Positions 26,826 to 41,916 of a stretch of DNA of 64,000 nt are shown piece by piece. A model generated the notes under the pieces. It did not search any database. It worked only from the letters and a program-made list of their open reading frames with translations, and was not told the DNA's origin. The DNA is taken from contig NC_043017.1 in NCBI RefSeq assembly GCF_006345805.1, forward strand, positions 372,001 to 436,000, in the 5' to 3' direction. The DNA comes from Octopus sinensis (taxonomy: Eukaryota). The translations under genes were made by a program, and so were the position numbers. Position 1 is the first letter of the stretch. Each line of letters begins with the position of its first letter.

Positions 26826-27203
26826 GAAAAACAAACAAAACCAACGCATTCTACTGTTATTTTACATCCAGGCGAATAAGGCCACGCGTACGCGCATACA
26901 GGCACCCAAGCCGGGGCACCCGACCGCTCATATGTATATAACTAAAACTACAGACATAGAAAGGCTTTGTATATATATATATATATATATATTATTATAT
27001 ATATATATATTATATATATATAATATACACGCCCACACACACACATAAATACCCATACATATGCATATACAATATGTACACTACACACACACACACATTC
27101 ACATATCCGGAAATATATGTGTGAATATTATAATAGTCATAGGCACGCAATATATATACATATATATATACATATACATATACATGCATATGTATAAATG
27201 TGC

Positions 27204-27254
<51 letters not shown>

Positions 27255-27767
27255 TAGTACACACACACATTTTCGTAGATATACATAAACAAAAAATGAC
27301 ATGGCAAACAACTCCCATTAGCCCTGTTGCTGTTTCGGCTCACAGAAAGCGTGTTCCAGCTGGTAAATGCCAGTTCGACATTTTATGACTTCATCAGAGC
27401 CACTTCTCTGGATGCACACCTCCGCGTCGCCGAAGCTTACAAATACTGTGAATTAATATGTATAATATATGTATATGTGTGTCTGTATGTATGTATGTAT
27501 ATATATATATATATATATATATCTCGTGTTTGTTTATATACTCAGTTCGATTAGGCTACCAGTGTTGGCGAAGTAGTAACAAAACTTTTCGTAATTGTCA
27601 AATACATAAATATTAATGTCAATCTTAGGACAAATTGGCCTGTACAAGTTAAGTTATGAGGCTCCTTACTTGGACAGGGCCCTGCTGGCCAAGGGGTCCT
27701 GGTCAACGGGGCCCCGTGCTTAAGCACATCCAAGCACAATGGTAAACCCGGTACTGGATATACACAC

Positions 27768-27843
<76 letters not shown>

Positions 27844-27851
27844 GTATATAT

Positions 27852-27897
<46 letters not shown>

Positions 27898-28516
27898 TTG
27901 TATGTATATATGTATGTATTTATGCATATATATAATATATATATATATATATAGATATATATATATATATACACATATATGTATGTATATATGTATTAAT
28001 ATATATATATATATATATATATTTATACACATACACGTACACACGTATATATCTATTTAGATATAGGTATGTATATCTGCGTATAGGTCTGTGTGTACAG
28101 TCACCAAAGACATGTACCTACATGCATTTGTTATCAACTAATCAAACAAACAGCTTACTTCGCTCAGTCAATATGACTAAGTATGTTTCTATGAATACAT
28201 CATCCTTTGTTACGTTTTTTAGCCCTAGGCCATACTTGACCATGTTGATCTAAAACGAAATGATCTTTACTCCTCTCCATCCCGCCTTTTTCTATATTCC
28301 ATCCTATATTTCTTTCTGTTTCTTAAGATGCTAGAATGTGGTGGAGGAAATTTCGTTGCTACTTTTAGCAGGGTGACGGACCTTGTAGTTGCTTACTTGG
28401 TTTTTCTTCTTATGTTTACATTTAAAGGCGTAAGTGGTTTTTGGAATGGATCCAAAAATGTACATAGATATGGATACACACATATTTAAATAAAAACATA
28501 TATATATATATATATG

Positions 28517-28722
28517 AAGTTAATCCAAACAAGAAAGCACAAAAAAACACAACAACGCGAGGACGTAGAACAAATATAGTATTATTGGACGGTCAGGAAA
28601 GAAGGAAAGAAGGAGGGTTTAACGTTTCGAGTGGAGCTCTTCGTCGGAAACATAGAAGGAAAGATCCAGAGAAGGGAAGACAGAGGAAAAAATATCGCCA
28701 ACAGTACACACGAGGTCACATT
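28517..28722 (-). mobile_element. Short Penelope-like element with degenerate minimal HHR (28618-28650)
   Basis: UUU-CCGACGA-AGAGCUCCACUC-GAAAC-GUU-AAA; homologous copy at 55690-55880. Confidence 0.7.
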
Positions 28723-29476
28723 TTATGTTTTTATTTAAATATGTGTGTATACATATATATGTACATTATACATACACACACAGACATACAAACATACACA
28801 TGATGTAATGTTGGACGTAATTGTAATGCACGCGTGGCCTCCACGTTGAATCCATTCCAAAAACCACTGACGCCTTTAAATGTAAACATAAGAAGAAAAA
28901 GCAAGTAATCAAGAGATTGTTTCTAAAACATTATATCCCCAATCTATCTTGTTTTATTCCGTTATCTATATCCGTTGTACTCTGTGACGTACTTGAGACC
29001 CTTGAATTCTAAACAAATGCTATGTGAACGACAACAGGACTTTCTTCAGATAAACTGCAGTATACACAGAGTTAGAAATAACTAAATACCATTTTTGTGT
29101 CATATATTTTAATTTTAACTTGCCATATGTATGTATTTTCTTTTTGTGTTTTATTTAAGTTCTTATTGAAACAGTTGAAGCCGGTCGCTAACAAAGCAGC
29201 AAGACATTTTGCGCCAAGAGATTTCCCGGCGTTTGTAAATGTGTGGTTGAGCTGTGGATGCCACAGTCCCTAGTATGTGGATTTATTCACCTGAAGAATT
29301 TCAGATGAAGAATCTTTGGAATGTCTTACAAATCATCACTATGCCATTAATAGATTGGATTTGGAGGGATCCGTGTCACTTTCTTTTACTCCTTCTTTGA
29401 AAAACCTAGGATTTCTAGGTTTTTGTGTAAATGATGTATGTATGTATGTATGTATGTATGTATGTATGTATGTATG

Positions 29477-29510
<34 letters not shown>

Positions 29511-29569
29511 TGTATGTATGTATGTATGTGCATCTACAAACACACAAAACACCTCTATCTATCTTTGTA

Positions 29570-29796
<227 letters not shown>

Positions 29797-31118
29797 TTAT
29801 ATATATAAAAGCAAAATTAAGGAATGGAATAGATAAAATCCAGGCTACATATGCTTCATAGCTAGCAGAACCTCGGAAGTAGTAAATATTCCAAACGTGG
29901 GGTAATCCGCTAGCTACTCGTCGGATCAAAGGTACCTTAATCAAAAGAGGTTTACGTTCTCGTCAAGGGATCCCATGTTAACTCACTGGTCATTCAGCCC
30001 ATCAAACTTCGATATGCGAAATATTTACAACCTTCGACGCCAATAAAACACTAATGTTCCTGAAAGTTGTTTTTCTTATTTACCTTCTACAGACTGCACG
30101 AAGCTTACTAACTTCCTACACCTTGATAGCTGGATCTTACCTTATATATGTCATATCGTCTACGAAATCTACTCACAAAGTTTTCGTCGACCTCCGGCTT
30201 CAGTAGAAGACACTGGCCCCAGGTGTCTCGTAGTGGAACTGAACCCGGAAGTGTGTGGTTGCGAAGCAAACATTTTACCACACAGCCACGCCTACACACA
30301 CACGTGCGTGCACATACCAACACACACACACACACACATGAATGTATATAGTATGTATAAAGTATGTATGTATGTCATTCAGTTTTATTTGCTGCCAGTG
30401 GAGAAAGAGCCGGTTTCTAACCTAGATCGAAGACTCTTTCGTTGGAATTTCAGCATCAACAACAGGGTATGCATGTATGTATGTATGTATGTATGTATGC
30501 ATGCATGTATGTGTGTATGCATGCTTGTATGTATGTATGTATGCATGTAGTTATGTATGTTTGTATGTATGTATGCATGCATGTATGTATGTATGTATGT
30601 ATGTATGTATGTATGTATGTATGTATGTATGTATGTATGTTTGTATATTTGTATGTATGTATGTATGTATGTATGTATGTATGTATGTATGTATGTTTGT
30701 ATATTTGTATGTATGTATGTATATGTATGTATGTATTAACGCAGTATAACCGAATGATTATGAAGTTCCATTTTGCGGCCACAAGGTTCCATGCACGATT
30801 TTGCAGGGGAGCGTTTTGGGTGTATGTCCTTATCTATAACCTCCGATTGGCCAACATGTAATAAGTGAATCTGGGTTGATGGAAACTGTGTATAATCCCA
30901 TCGCCTGCATTGTACCTGTAATTGATAAGGTACTGTCTTGTCACACACCGAATCATGTGGTGGATTCTGCCTGGGGAATTACATTAAGAGTACACGTGAT
31001 TGCAACATGTTGAATTCAAGATCAGGTAATTCAAGAGATTGAAGAACCGATTCCTCATTGCTGAACGAAGGAAATCCTTTACCGTGTGTTTATGTATATA
31101 TAAATATATAGAGGTCTG

Positions 31119-31241
<123 letters not shown>

Positions 31242-31970
31242 GTGTGTCTGTCTGTCTGTCTGTCTGTACAAGTTTTCTTGCGTATGTATGGTGCTTGTGT
31301 GTGAGAAAGCGAGGGAGAGAGAGAGAGAGAGAAAGAGATAACGACAGAAAGAGAGAGGAAGAGAGCGATATAAAGAAACACACCAGCTGTTACCAACTGA
31401 AGTCCTACTATAACCCCATACCACCACCACCACCACCACCACCATATATACATATATACACTAATATACAACACCTAACAATACCTTCTTCAGTTGTGTT
31501 TTACCTGTATAAATCTTTTGTTTGATCTACTTATAAAAACCTGTTGCTTACTTAGGCTAAGGCTTATCCTTATTCTTCTTCAGGGTGTTGTTGTACTTGT
31601 TGTTGTTGTTGCTGTTGTTGTTGTTGCTGTTGTTGTTGTTGCTATTGTTGATGTATAGCCCTGGGCCGGCCCTGAATCAAACAGACCCATCATAATATAT
31701 GCATTCTTACGTTTGTCAATCCGATTCTTATCGTCTTGCGTGCGTGTATGAGTCTCTGTGTATGTGTGCGTAATACATACATATATGTATATGTATATAC
31801 GGACACACACACACACACATATATATGTATGTATATATGTATGTATATATATATATATATATAATATATATATATAGTTGAAAAACAAAAGACGAAGACA
31901 GGTGTATAAACAGCAAGCAGGTTAATTAGTATGACGCTCGGGAAGGTGAGAAAGTCATTGACGTTTCTAG

Positions 31971-32055
<85 letters not shown>

Positions 32056-32852
32056 CACATGCTTATGTATGTATATACATATATATTCATGTATATACGT
32101 ATGTGTGTATATACATATGCATACACACACATACATTTACAGATGTGTTTATGTATCCATATCTATCTAGAACTAAAATATCCAAATTGTATTTTTTTTC
32201 TTGTTTTTTTTTTAAATTTTAAGATCGCAGTGAGTAATTTGAAGAAGATTTAACTGTTATTTCTAGCCACCAAGATCACTCTTTTCATCTTACGTTTCGT
32301 CCTCCTATTCCTCATTATTGTTGTTTTTCTCCTCCCCCTCCTTCTTGTTCTCTTTGTTCTTCTCCTACTCCTAGCTCCTCCTCAGTCCCACTCCTCTCCT
32401 CTTCCCAACCCTCCTGCCCTGTTCTTCCCCCTCTTCCTCCCCCTCCCCCTCTCCTTTCTTCTCCTCGCCCTCCTCCACTTCCTCCTCCATTGCTCTGAAA
32501 TCTATGATTGAGCTTCAGACTCCCAGGCCAGAAACTTTAGGAGGCAGGCTGCAGTAGAGAATATCAGCTCTACTATTTGACCGTGGGGCTTGAGGGTGGG
32601 GGGGTTCATGTTTGTTTTCGATTCAGGATCAATAAAAAGGCCAAGTTGACCTCGACGAGATTCGAACTCAATATGTAAAGACATTTAATACGATCATTTA
32701 CCGATGTATTTACAGATGGAGAAGGACATACTACCACCATGTTCTTAATGATGAAATTAACCTCTCTGTCTATATATCTACCCTCTTTGTAATGTTGGCA
32801 AATGAAATAAGTATAAAACTGTGCATTGTCCGTTTAATTATAAAATTCTATA

Positions 32853-32940
32853 TGTGGCTGAAGATTGCTCGACATTTTAAAACTGATGTAATACTTACAG
32901 TGTTTAATAAAATGAAGTAGCCTCGAACGATTGTACTACA
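32853..32940 (+). ncRNA. Degenerate hammerhead motif, long stem II family
   Basis: UGUGG-CUGAAGA...CGAAC-GAUU-GUA-CUACA; paralogues at 37378 and 46018. Confidence 0.5.
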
Positions 32941-33099
32941 CTACCTTGGATATCTTTGCTGTTTATTTTAATTATAATCACTCCATTTGATTTATATGGA
33001 TAATACCATACAAAATTCTGGTGCCTTTAACTTAAGTACTATATTCATCTGAATCTAAACTTTGCTGAACTTATATATATATATATATACATATATACT

Positions 33100-33575
33100 G
33101 GGAAAGGTTGAAACAGCTAAGACTCTACTCCCTGGAGAGAAGACGGGAGAGGTATGCAGTAATATATGTCTGGAAGATCCTGGAAGGAATTGTGCCAAAT
33201 TTTTGCATTGTAAGCTACACCAATGCTAGAACGGGACGACACTGCATAGTGCCAAAGATCCCAGCAATGCCATCACGCTTCAGGACCAGCTTCCGCAACA
33301 GCCTGGGTTTCAAGGGCCCACAGCTTTTTAATATTCTCCCAAAGAGTCTGAGGAACTTGCACAAAGTAGATGTAGCGGTTTTTAAATCAAAGCTGGACAT
33401 CTTCCTGTCAAGAGACCCAGATGAACCTACCTCACGGCAAGAGGTGCAAATGAGAGTAGCTATATCAAACTCTATTCTTCACCAAGTGCCACATATTAGA
33501 GGGGATTCTTCGTAATAACAGTGTAGCACAAAACGGCAGTGCATCAGCATGGCCGCAGCTCTGAGCTGAAACTAG
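33100..33575 (+). mobile_element. 5'-truncated copy of the CR1/L2-group LINE
   Basis: ORF 33108-33515 homologous to 1285-1887; same 3' stem-loop. Confidence 0.92.
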
Positions 33576-33618
33576 AAAAAAAATATATATGTATATATAT
33601 ATATATGTATATTTATAT

Positions 33619-33649
<31 letters not shown>

Positions 33650-34560
33650 CGTATATACATATATATATATATACATATACATATATATATATATATATAC
33701 ATATATACGACGGGCTTCTTTCAGTTTCCGTCTACCAAATCCACTCACAAGGCTTTTGTCGGCCCGAGGCTATAGTAGAAGACACTTACCCAAGGTGCCA
33801 CGCATTGGAACTGAACCCGGAACCATATGGTTGATAAGCAGCCTACTTACCACACACCCACTCCTGCGCCTAGTATATATAATTAGAAGTTAGAGAAATA
33901 ATAAATAAATAAGTAACTAAAATTCCCAAGAGCGGGGCAGTCCACTTCGGGTAACTTGGGGAAAGCCCTACGCAAAAGACTCCAGACTACTCTGCCCTTA
34001 CCCAAGGAAACATGGGAAATGCCGTCTGCCTGTTTCTTTCTTCCAACGTAGCATGCTCAGGGTAGATCCACTCAGTCTGACCAGTCTTAAGATGAAGACG
34101 AAGAAATTGTCTTCACACACACACTTTCCTTCACTGAAAACAGATCCATAAACAAGAGCTCATTGGCCCTAATATTAAAATGTTACTGATATGGCGTTGA
34201 CCTGACCCAGTAACAGAAAGTTCAGCTCAACTGCAATATTTGATCGTCCGCGGCGTTACATTTAGTTCTCCGGTTGATCTCTAATTATTTGGGCGTTACA
34301 GGAAATTTAAAGTGTTAAATGTTTTACTGAAATATTATCGATGCAGAGTTAATCTTTTCGTTAATATCTCAGATCAGACTAAGCTAATGAGGTTTGTACT
34401 TGGTTTTCCATTTCTCGAAATACTAACCATCAATCAATTTGTCGGGGGGAAACCGACAGAAAAATAAACAGACGTAATTGACAGAATTGCCTACAATCTA
34501 CACACACACACACACACACACATGTACATATATATATATAATATATATATATAATATATA

Positions 34561-34591
<31 letters not shown>

Positions 34592-34592
<1 letters not shown>

Positions 34593-34835
34593 AAAGTGGA
34601 ACAAAAACGCAATAGAGGACAATAAAACATTCCGGCAGATAGACGATACAAAAGCGGACAAGAGAAACAACAATTAGGACAAGCAAAAAAAAAAAGACGG
34701 GTCATTCGTGGCCTTCTTTCCTCAGTCGAGTACCAGAAGTCACGACAGTTTCGGGCAGTTACACTTGAGAAGGTTCGATCTGGTTGCCCCCCCCTCCAAG
34801 TCTAAGCTAAGTGCATTAGACCTCCTTCGTAAGAA
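34592..34835. mobile_element. Short interspersed repeat abutting (TA)n (family also at 40985-41350 and 47851-47966)
   Basis: Shared gggacaagaac...agatagacgatac...cattcg...cctcagtcgag...tttcgg. Confidence 0.7.
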
Positions 34836-34839
34836 AGCG

Positions 34840-34870
<31 letters not shown>

Positions 34871-35108
34871 TGTGTTCAAAACATCTCTCCGCAGCAAGTA
34901 TTCATTGCAAAAGAAATAATTATAAGATGGTATAAGACTACAAAAGAATATATTAGACTTTACTTTATAAGAAACGTTGAAAGTGTCCTCCTTCATTTTA
35001 AATACTTAAGTTGACTCTTCTACACATGTTTTGAAATATATCTTGGATGAAATTCACTGCAGAAAGACCTTTTGAACATCCTGTGTGTATATATATATAT
35101 ATATATAT

Positions 35109-35335
35109 CCTTAAATCCTTAAAATGTTTCAGCCCGAAGGCCGCGGCCATGCTGGGGCACCACCGCTGAATGAGCTACACTAATATGTGAATCCACCTCT
35201 GATACGTGGCACTTGGTCAACAAGGGAGTTCGATGCCGCTGCCCGCATCTGAGTCTCCTGTCGTGAGGTAGGTTCATCTGGGACCCCCGACAAGAAGAGA
35301 TCTAGTTTAGTTTTAAAGAAACCCACATCCACACC
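35109..35335 (-). mobile_element. 3' fragment of the CR1/L2-group LINE with (AAGGATTT) tail
   Basis: GVDVGFFKTKLDLFLSGVPDEPTSRQ on the minus strand; ggtgccccagcatggccg tail. Confidence 0.88.
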
Positions 35336-35889
35336 ATGCAAGTCTCTCCTATTAATATATTAATAATATTAAAGGGTAATCAGAAATATTTGAAATTTCC
35401 ATTGCCAGTGGCCTAGCGTGTAAAGAATTTAGTTACTAGACTATATATTATTCACATAAATACAGTGGTTTGAAACTTAACTGTTCTCTCTAGCGTGCAA
35501 GGAGTCCTATGATGGATGCCTCTTATGTGTTTAAATGTACACTGTATTTACACACACACACACACACACACATAATATATATGTATGTATGCAAGTATGT
35601 ATGTATCGTAGAAACAAATAATAGGCAGGCAATAGGTGCGGTTTTTTAGCTTTATATGCACCATTTTCTTCAAAACGCTGAATTAATTATATAATAATTA
35701 GTGATATTATGCAATCACCTCATCAGTGTCCCGCCGTGATTACAACGATTTATGGCAAGGCTCTGTGTATAGACTTTTTTTTTACCCGTCATGCAAATGA
35801 TCAAACCTCGCAGGCCACATAAATGAATAGCAAGCGCAAAAAAGGTCACATCAAGGAATTCAGAACAACGCCAGGCCTTTACGAAAACC

Positions 35890-35961
<72 letters not shown>

Positions 35962-36661
35962 GACAACAGAAAAAAGAGAGAAAAAAAGAAAGACAAAGGA
36001 GGCAGTCAATTGGCCTTGATGATCTGCTTGCTCCTGTGTGTTCTAGTTTTTTCTCTTTTCCATTCTCCTTCTCTCCCTCTCCCCCTCCCCTCCCCCTCCC
36101 TCTCTCCCTCTCCCCCTCCCTCCCTCCCTCTCCGACACACATTTTGGTTTCGATCCGGAAGCGTGGCGTTGTTCTAACTTCTTTGATGCGATGCTTTGTC
36201 TCCGACCACTTTTAAGCTTATTCTTTTATTTGTTTCAATCATTTGACTGCAGCCATGCTGGAGCACCGCCTTGAAGGGGTTTTAGTCAAACAAATCGAAC
36301 CAAGGACCTTTTTTTTTTAAAGCCTAGTACTTATTCAATCGCAGCCGTTTTGCCGGACCACTACGTTACGGGGACATAAACACACCAACACCGGTTGTCA
36401 AGCGGTGATGGTAGGGACAAACACAGACACAAAGACATATACACGTAGATATATACATATATATATATACATGACAAGCTTCTCTCAGTTTCCATCTACT
36501 AAATCCACTCACAAGGTTCTGGTCGGCCTGAGACTACAGTAGAAGACACTTGACCAAGATGCCACGCTTTGGGACTGAATCCGGAACCTTGTGGTTCGGA
36601 AGCAAGCTTCTTAACACACAACTATGCCTCGCCTATATATATATATATATGATATATATAT

Positions 36662-36695
<34 letters not shown>

Positions 36696-36696
36696 A

Positions 36697-37245
36697 AGAG
36701 GGTGAGTCAAAAAGTAATGCCATTTTGTTTAGGACAGGTATAATTACCAACACAGGAACATGTATCATACATCAAAATGAAGCTGGCCCTCTGTGGATCA
36801 CATCTCTACTTCTCAACATAGTCACCGTTTCTCTCAATAGCAATGTTCCACTTTCGAATGAGAGCATGTATCCCTGCCCCGAAAATTCTGTTGACTGTTC
36901 TTTGAGCCACTTTTTCTCTACAGTTTTCACTTCCTCGTCACTGGACTATCATTGTCACTGGTCAATCATCTCTTCGGCTCCATGAAAGAGGGTTTGAGAG
37001 GCAAACATTATTCCAATGACGAGGAAGTGAAAACTAGTGGCTCAAAGAACAGTCAACAGAATTTTACGGGGCAGGGATACATGCTCTCATTCGAAGGTGG
37101 AACATTACTATTGAGAGAAACAGTGACTATGTTGAGAAGTAGGGGTGTGATCCACAGAGGACCAGCTTCATTTTGATGTATGATACATGTTCCTGTTGGT
37201 AATTATACTGTCCTAAACAAAATGGCATTACTTTTTGACTCACCC

Positions 37246-37248
<3 letters not shown>
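36697..37248. mobile_element. Foldback mariner derivative made of two inverted transposase 3' ends
   Basis: TIR gagggtgagtcaaaaagtaatgcc; ~250-bp arms; encodes HLFGSMKEGLRGKHYSNDEEVKT. Confidence 0.88.
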
Positions 37249-37290
<42 letters not shown>

Positions 37291-37377
37291 TATATATATT
37301 ACTTATCCTCTCTGTGATTATGGTTATTAGAAAAACTATACAAATAAATCCTTGAATTAACTAAATTCTATATTTTT

Positions 37378-37467
37378 ATGCAGCTGAAGATTACTCTACA
37401 TTTTAAAACTGATGTAATATTTTCATTGTTCAATTAAATGGAGTCGCATGAAACGATCGTACTGCAT
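37378..37467 (+). ncRNA. Type I hammerhead ribozyme motif, long stem II family (intact core)
   Basis: AUGCAG-CUGAAGA-...-GAAAC-GAUC-GUA-CUGCAU; perfect 6-bp stem I; base of stem II is imperfect. Confidence 0.7.
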
Positions 37468-39413
37468 TACCTCTGGATATCCTTATTGCTTATTTTGATA
37501 TATATATATATATGAATGTGTGTGTGTGTGTGTACAATCATACGTATTTACGTATACATATGTATGTATATATTCGTGTGTATTCTTTTTCGAAAGCATA
37601 CATAAAACTATAAATCAGAACATGTATAACATTAATCACACACACACACACACATACGGTCTAACGGTTAACGAATTTGCATCGCAATCAGAAGGTCTTG
37701 ATTTCGATTTCGCTGCACGAAATCTTGTGCTAGGAACGTCGTTTTCCTGTAAACTCGAGTTAACCTCCGCCTTCTGGGTGAAATTGGATTGATGGGAAAT
37801 ATACTGAAGCCTGTCTGGTGGATTGTACCTGTAATTCAAAAAAGTACAGCCCTCTTGTCATGTACACTGTGTAGCAGTGATACTACCTCAGAATCACGTT
37901 GAGGGTACATGTGTCTGTGGAATACCCAACCAGTTACACGTCAATTTAAGTAGCTTTGTTGATGGATCGCTCCGAATACATGCAACAGAGTGTATTCTGC
38001 TGATTGCACCCTCAGGGTGGAGTGGTACTGTTATTGAAACTCAACAACAGGAACGATCATTAAGACAGGCTTCCGCACAGTTTTCATTTTCAAAATCACA
38101 AGGACTTTGATTTTTCCGAGGCTTTGGTATCTATCTTCTGCTTGAGTCATTGGGTTATGACCATTCTGGGACGCCACCTTGAAGGACTTTTGTCAAACAG
38201 ATCGACCCCAGTAATTATTTTAAAAAAGAAACAAAAACAAAAATGTTTGGTACTTATTCTATCGTTGTCTTTTGCCGAACCGCTAGCTTACGGGGACCTA
38301 AACAAACCAACACCGGATGTTAAGCGGTGAAGCGAGACACGCATAAGCACAATGACACACAGAGATACACACACGCACACATAAACACATTCACACGCGC
38401 ACATACACATACTTATATAGGGCTTCCACACAGTTTCTGTCCACTCAATTCACTCACAAGGCATTGGTCGATCCCGGGGCTATAGTGGAAGACACTTGCC
38501 CAAGGGATTGAACTCGACACCACGTGGTCGCAAAGCGTCCCTCTTGGTCGCACGGCCATGCCTGCGCCCTGGCCTAAATTGCTGAGCCGTGAAATCGATC
38601 TCAAGGCCAGGGAAACAAATATTCCTGTGCATATTGAAAATGTGTGAAGAATAACGAGATGTGACATTGGCGGTAGATGTGAAGATATTAGGCATAACAA
38701 TAAAATGACACCTGGCAGGGGTCAACACCGCATTGTCAACAAATGATTAGCCGTATGCTAAATCATTGCTTGTGACATGGCGCTTACAGAAACAGGTCGA
38801 TAATAATAGATCATATATATATATATATGTGTGTGTGTGTTATTTTGTGTCCAGGTGTCTCCATCGCCACGTCTGGGTGACAGGAAATACGTAGGCGGGA
38901 CGAGGTAATTATGTTGGCAGTGGGGTGGGGGGTTAATCGTGAACTTTTGATGTATTACGCACACTCATACATACACGCACACGTACGAACTCGCGCGCGC
39001 ACAAACGCATGCAAATAGAAATACAGACGCACTTACACACGCAAAATGATATACGTTTAGGAAAAGAGCAAAGGTTGTGCGTTGGAGAGAAGGAATTGGA
39101 GAGGGCACTTGCTCTTGGGGTTTCAGGAAAATCTCGGACAGTGGGGTTCCTCGATTATCCCTAGGGGCGTTCCTGTATCAACAGGCCCACATTTCTCTCA
39201 AGCCCCTTCCTTTTGTATTTTTGTTTACCTTTGTATGCTTTGCCTATGTCTCTTCTTTTCCATTGTATATCGTGTATACTTTATTTTTTATTTTTTTAAT
39301 CATTTCATTATATACAAACACCCACACTTTATGTCTGTCTTTGTATTGTTCCCCTCATCCTTCGCCCTTGTGGCAAATAAAGGAAATCCTCATCATCATC
39401 ATCATTATTATTA

Positions 39414-39522
<109 letters not shown>

Positions 39523-39731
39523 CATTGTTGTTGTTGTTAAAGCGGCCAGCTGGCAGAACCCGGGCGAAATGCTTAGAATTATTTCGTCTGCCGCTACGTT
39601 CTGAGTTCAAGTTCCGCCGAGGTTGACTTTGCCTTTCATCCTTTCGGGGTCGATTAAATAAGTACCAGTTACGCACTGGGGTCGATGTAATCGACTTAAT
39701 CCCCTCCCCCAAGTTCGCTTTGAAATCATAA

Positions 39732-39787
<56 letters not shown>

Positions 39788-40476
39788 TATATTATTATTA
39801 TTACTGCTGTTGTTGTTGCTGTTTTTAATGCATTTATCATTTTGTGTTGTGATGCTGTTGTAAAGTACTTCAAGGAAAATCTAACATTTTATCTGACTTT
39901 AAAGTACATTATGTATGTATCAGAGTCGTTGGCGCGTCGAACAGATGGCTGTGCAGTACTAAATCCGAGTTTCTACGCCTACATTCTTAGTTCAAATCCT
40001 GCTGAGGTCAACTTTGCTCGAGATGTAGAGAACTCCAGTCATATACTGGGGTAGATCATTGTCATTCTTTCTCTATTTTTCTGCTTCTGAGAGAAATCGG
40101 GAAGAAGTGTGGGGGGGGGAGAAGGAAAGGGAAAGTGTAAAAGAATTTAGACAAGTAGAAGGAGTGAAAGTCGTATAGTCGTGCAGTGACGAGTTATACA
40201 TGAAGTGCCAAGCGAAAGAGGTAGAATTGCGTTTGGGTACTGCATTTATACATTTTCCTAACTAAATTAGGTCATGAAAAACAAAGGATTTTCTCGTCTA
40301 TCATCTATCTTGACCTAAGTTTGACTTGAAATGGACACAGTTTAACAGTTGACTCTCATTCACTTCTAAGTGCTAATACTGAGAACAACGGGAAAGAACT
40401 CGTAGAAGAATCTAGGCTAGGTTTTCAATCTTGGCTAAGAATCTAGGAAGCGATTCAATATATGTGTGTGTGTGTG

Positions 40477-40524
<48 letters not shown>

Positions 40525-40940
40525 AAGAAACAGTGTCTGAAAGACTGGTTGGAGATCGTGTATTTTATAAATATGTCTAGTTAAAGTATCATAAAAGCAT
40601 GAAACTATTCGTAGCTCTTTCGGTTGTGTATTAAATTAATGTATGTATGCATGTATGTATGTGTTTGTGTGTGTGCATATGGCTCAGTAGTTAGAGCGAC
40701 AGGCGCACAATCATGAGGTAGTGAGTTCGATTCCCAGACCGGGATGTGTGTTGTGTTCTTGAGGAAGACACTTTACTTCACATTGCTCCAATTCATTCAG
40801 CTGTAGAAATGAGTTGCGATGTCACTGTTGCCAAGCTGTATCGGCCCCTTTGCCTTTCACGGACTTGTGCCTCGGAGTGGAATTTTCCCATGGTCCTTCA
40901 TGACCGAAGTGGGCCTTTACCCCCTTTTACACTTACATAC

Positions 40941-40990
<50 letters not shown>

Positions 40991-41881
40991 CAAAATGGGA
41001 CAAGAACACAAAACATCCAGATAGACGATACAAAGAAAACAAGGACGGATTATTCGGAGTTTTCTTTCCTCAGTCGAGTTCCTGAATATCTTTGCAATTT
41101 CGGTTGGTTATACTCGAGATTGCGCCGATCTGGCCAGCCTCAAGGAAAAACTAAACTAAGGGCATTAGATTCATTAGAAGAAAGCAACGAATGTATACGA
41201 AAACAAGGGTGGGAAAAAAACGGAGAAACGTTTCACAAATACAAATAACTGGACATAACAATAGGTGTCTTTCGACTAAGGACGAATTAAATTAAGCTGG
41301 CGTGTGGAAGTAAAGCCTTACCGCAGGGATACAAGATTCCACAGGCACGTAGTTTCGAAATCTTTATAATTTCTTAGAATTTATTTCAAACGTGCTCATT
41401 GGTTTCCCGTGAGCAGAGTTGAATATTTGTAATTAAGAAATTTATATATGACTATGAATGGGTGTGACTGTTTGCCTGTTTTTGGTCATCGATTCATTTA
41501 CACAACTGTATGTTTCTGCATGTGGTGTGGGTCATGTCACAGAAGCGTTTGACTTGGGAAGGGCCGCAAAATTTCAAAAAGGAATAATTTAAAATAGTAG
41601 ATAAATAAATAAATGAAAAATAATACGCTCTTCTTCATTCACACTAACAATACATGCCTTGCCCCGGGGCGCTGTGTGTATCGTATGCGCGAGTGTGTGT
41701 GTGTGTATTATGTGTGCGTGTATTATGGGTGTGTGTATTATGTGTGTGTGTGTATTGAGCGTGAGTGATGTGTGTGCGTGTGTGTGTTTGCGCGTATGAG
41801 TATATGTGTATTTCACGCGAGTATGTATGTTGTGTGTGTGTGATGTGTGTGCGTGTGTGTATACATATGTTTGTCGGTATA

Positions 41882-41916
<35 letters not shown>

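Noticed and set aside
27330-27402. Tandem HHR-like cores on the minus strand (CUGAUGA-A-GUCAU..AUGUC-GAAC; CUGUGA-GCC-GAAAC)
   Set aside because: Both lack core nucleotides and stem I; no paralogue in the window
34690-34770. Hammerhead in the 34.6/41.0/47.9-kb family (GAAACUGUC...CUGAGGA on the minus strand)
   Set aside because: No consistent stem I or II in any topology across the three copies
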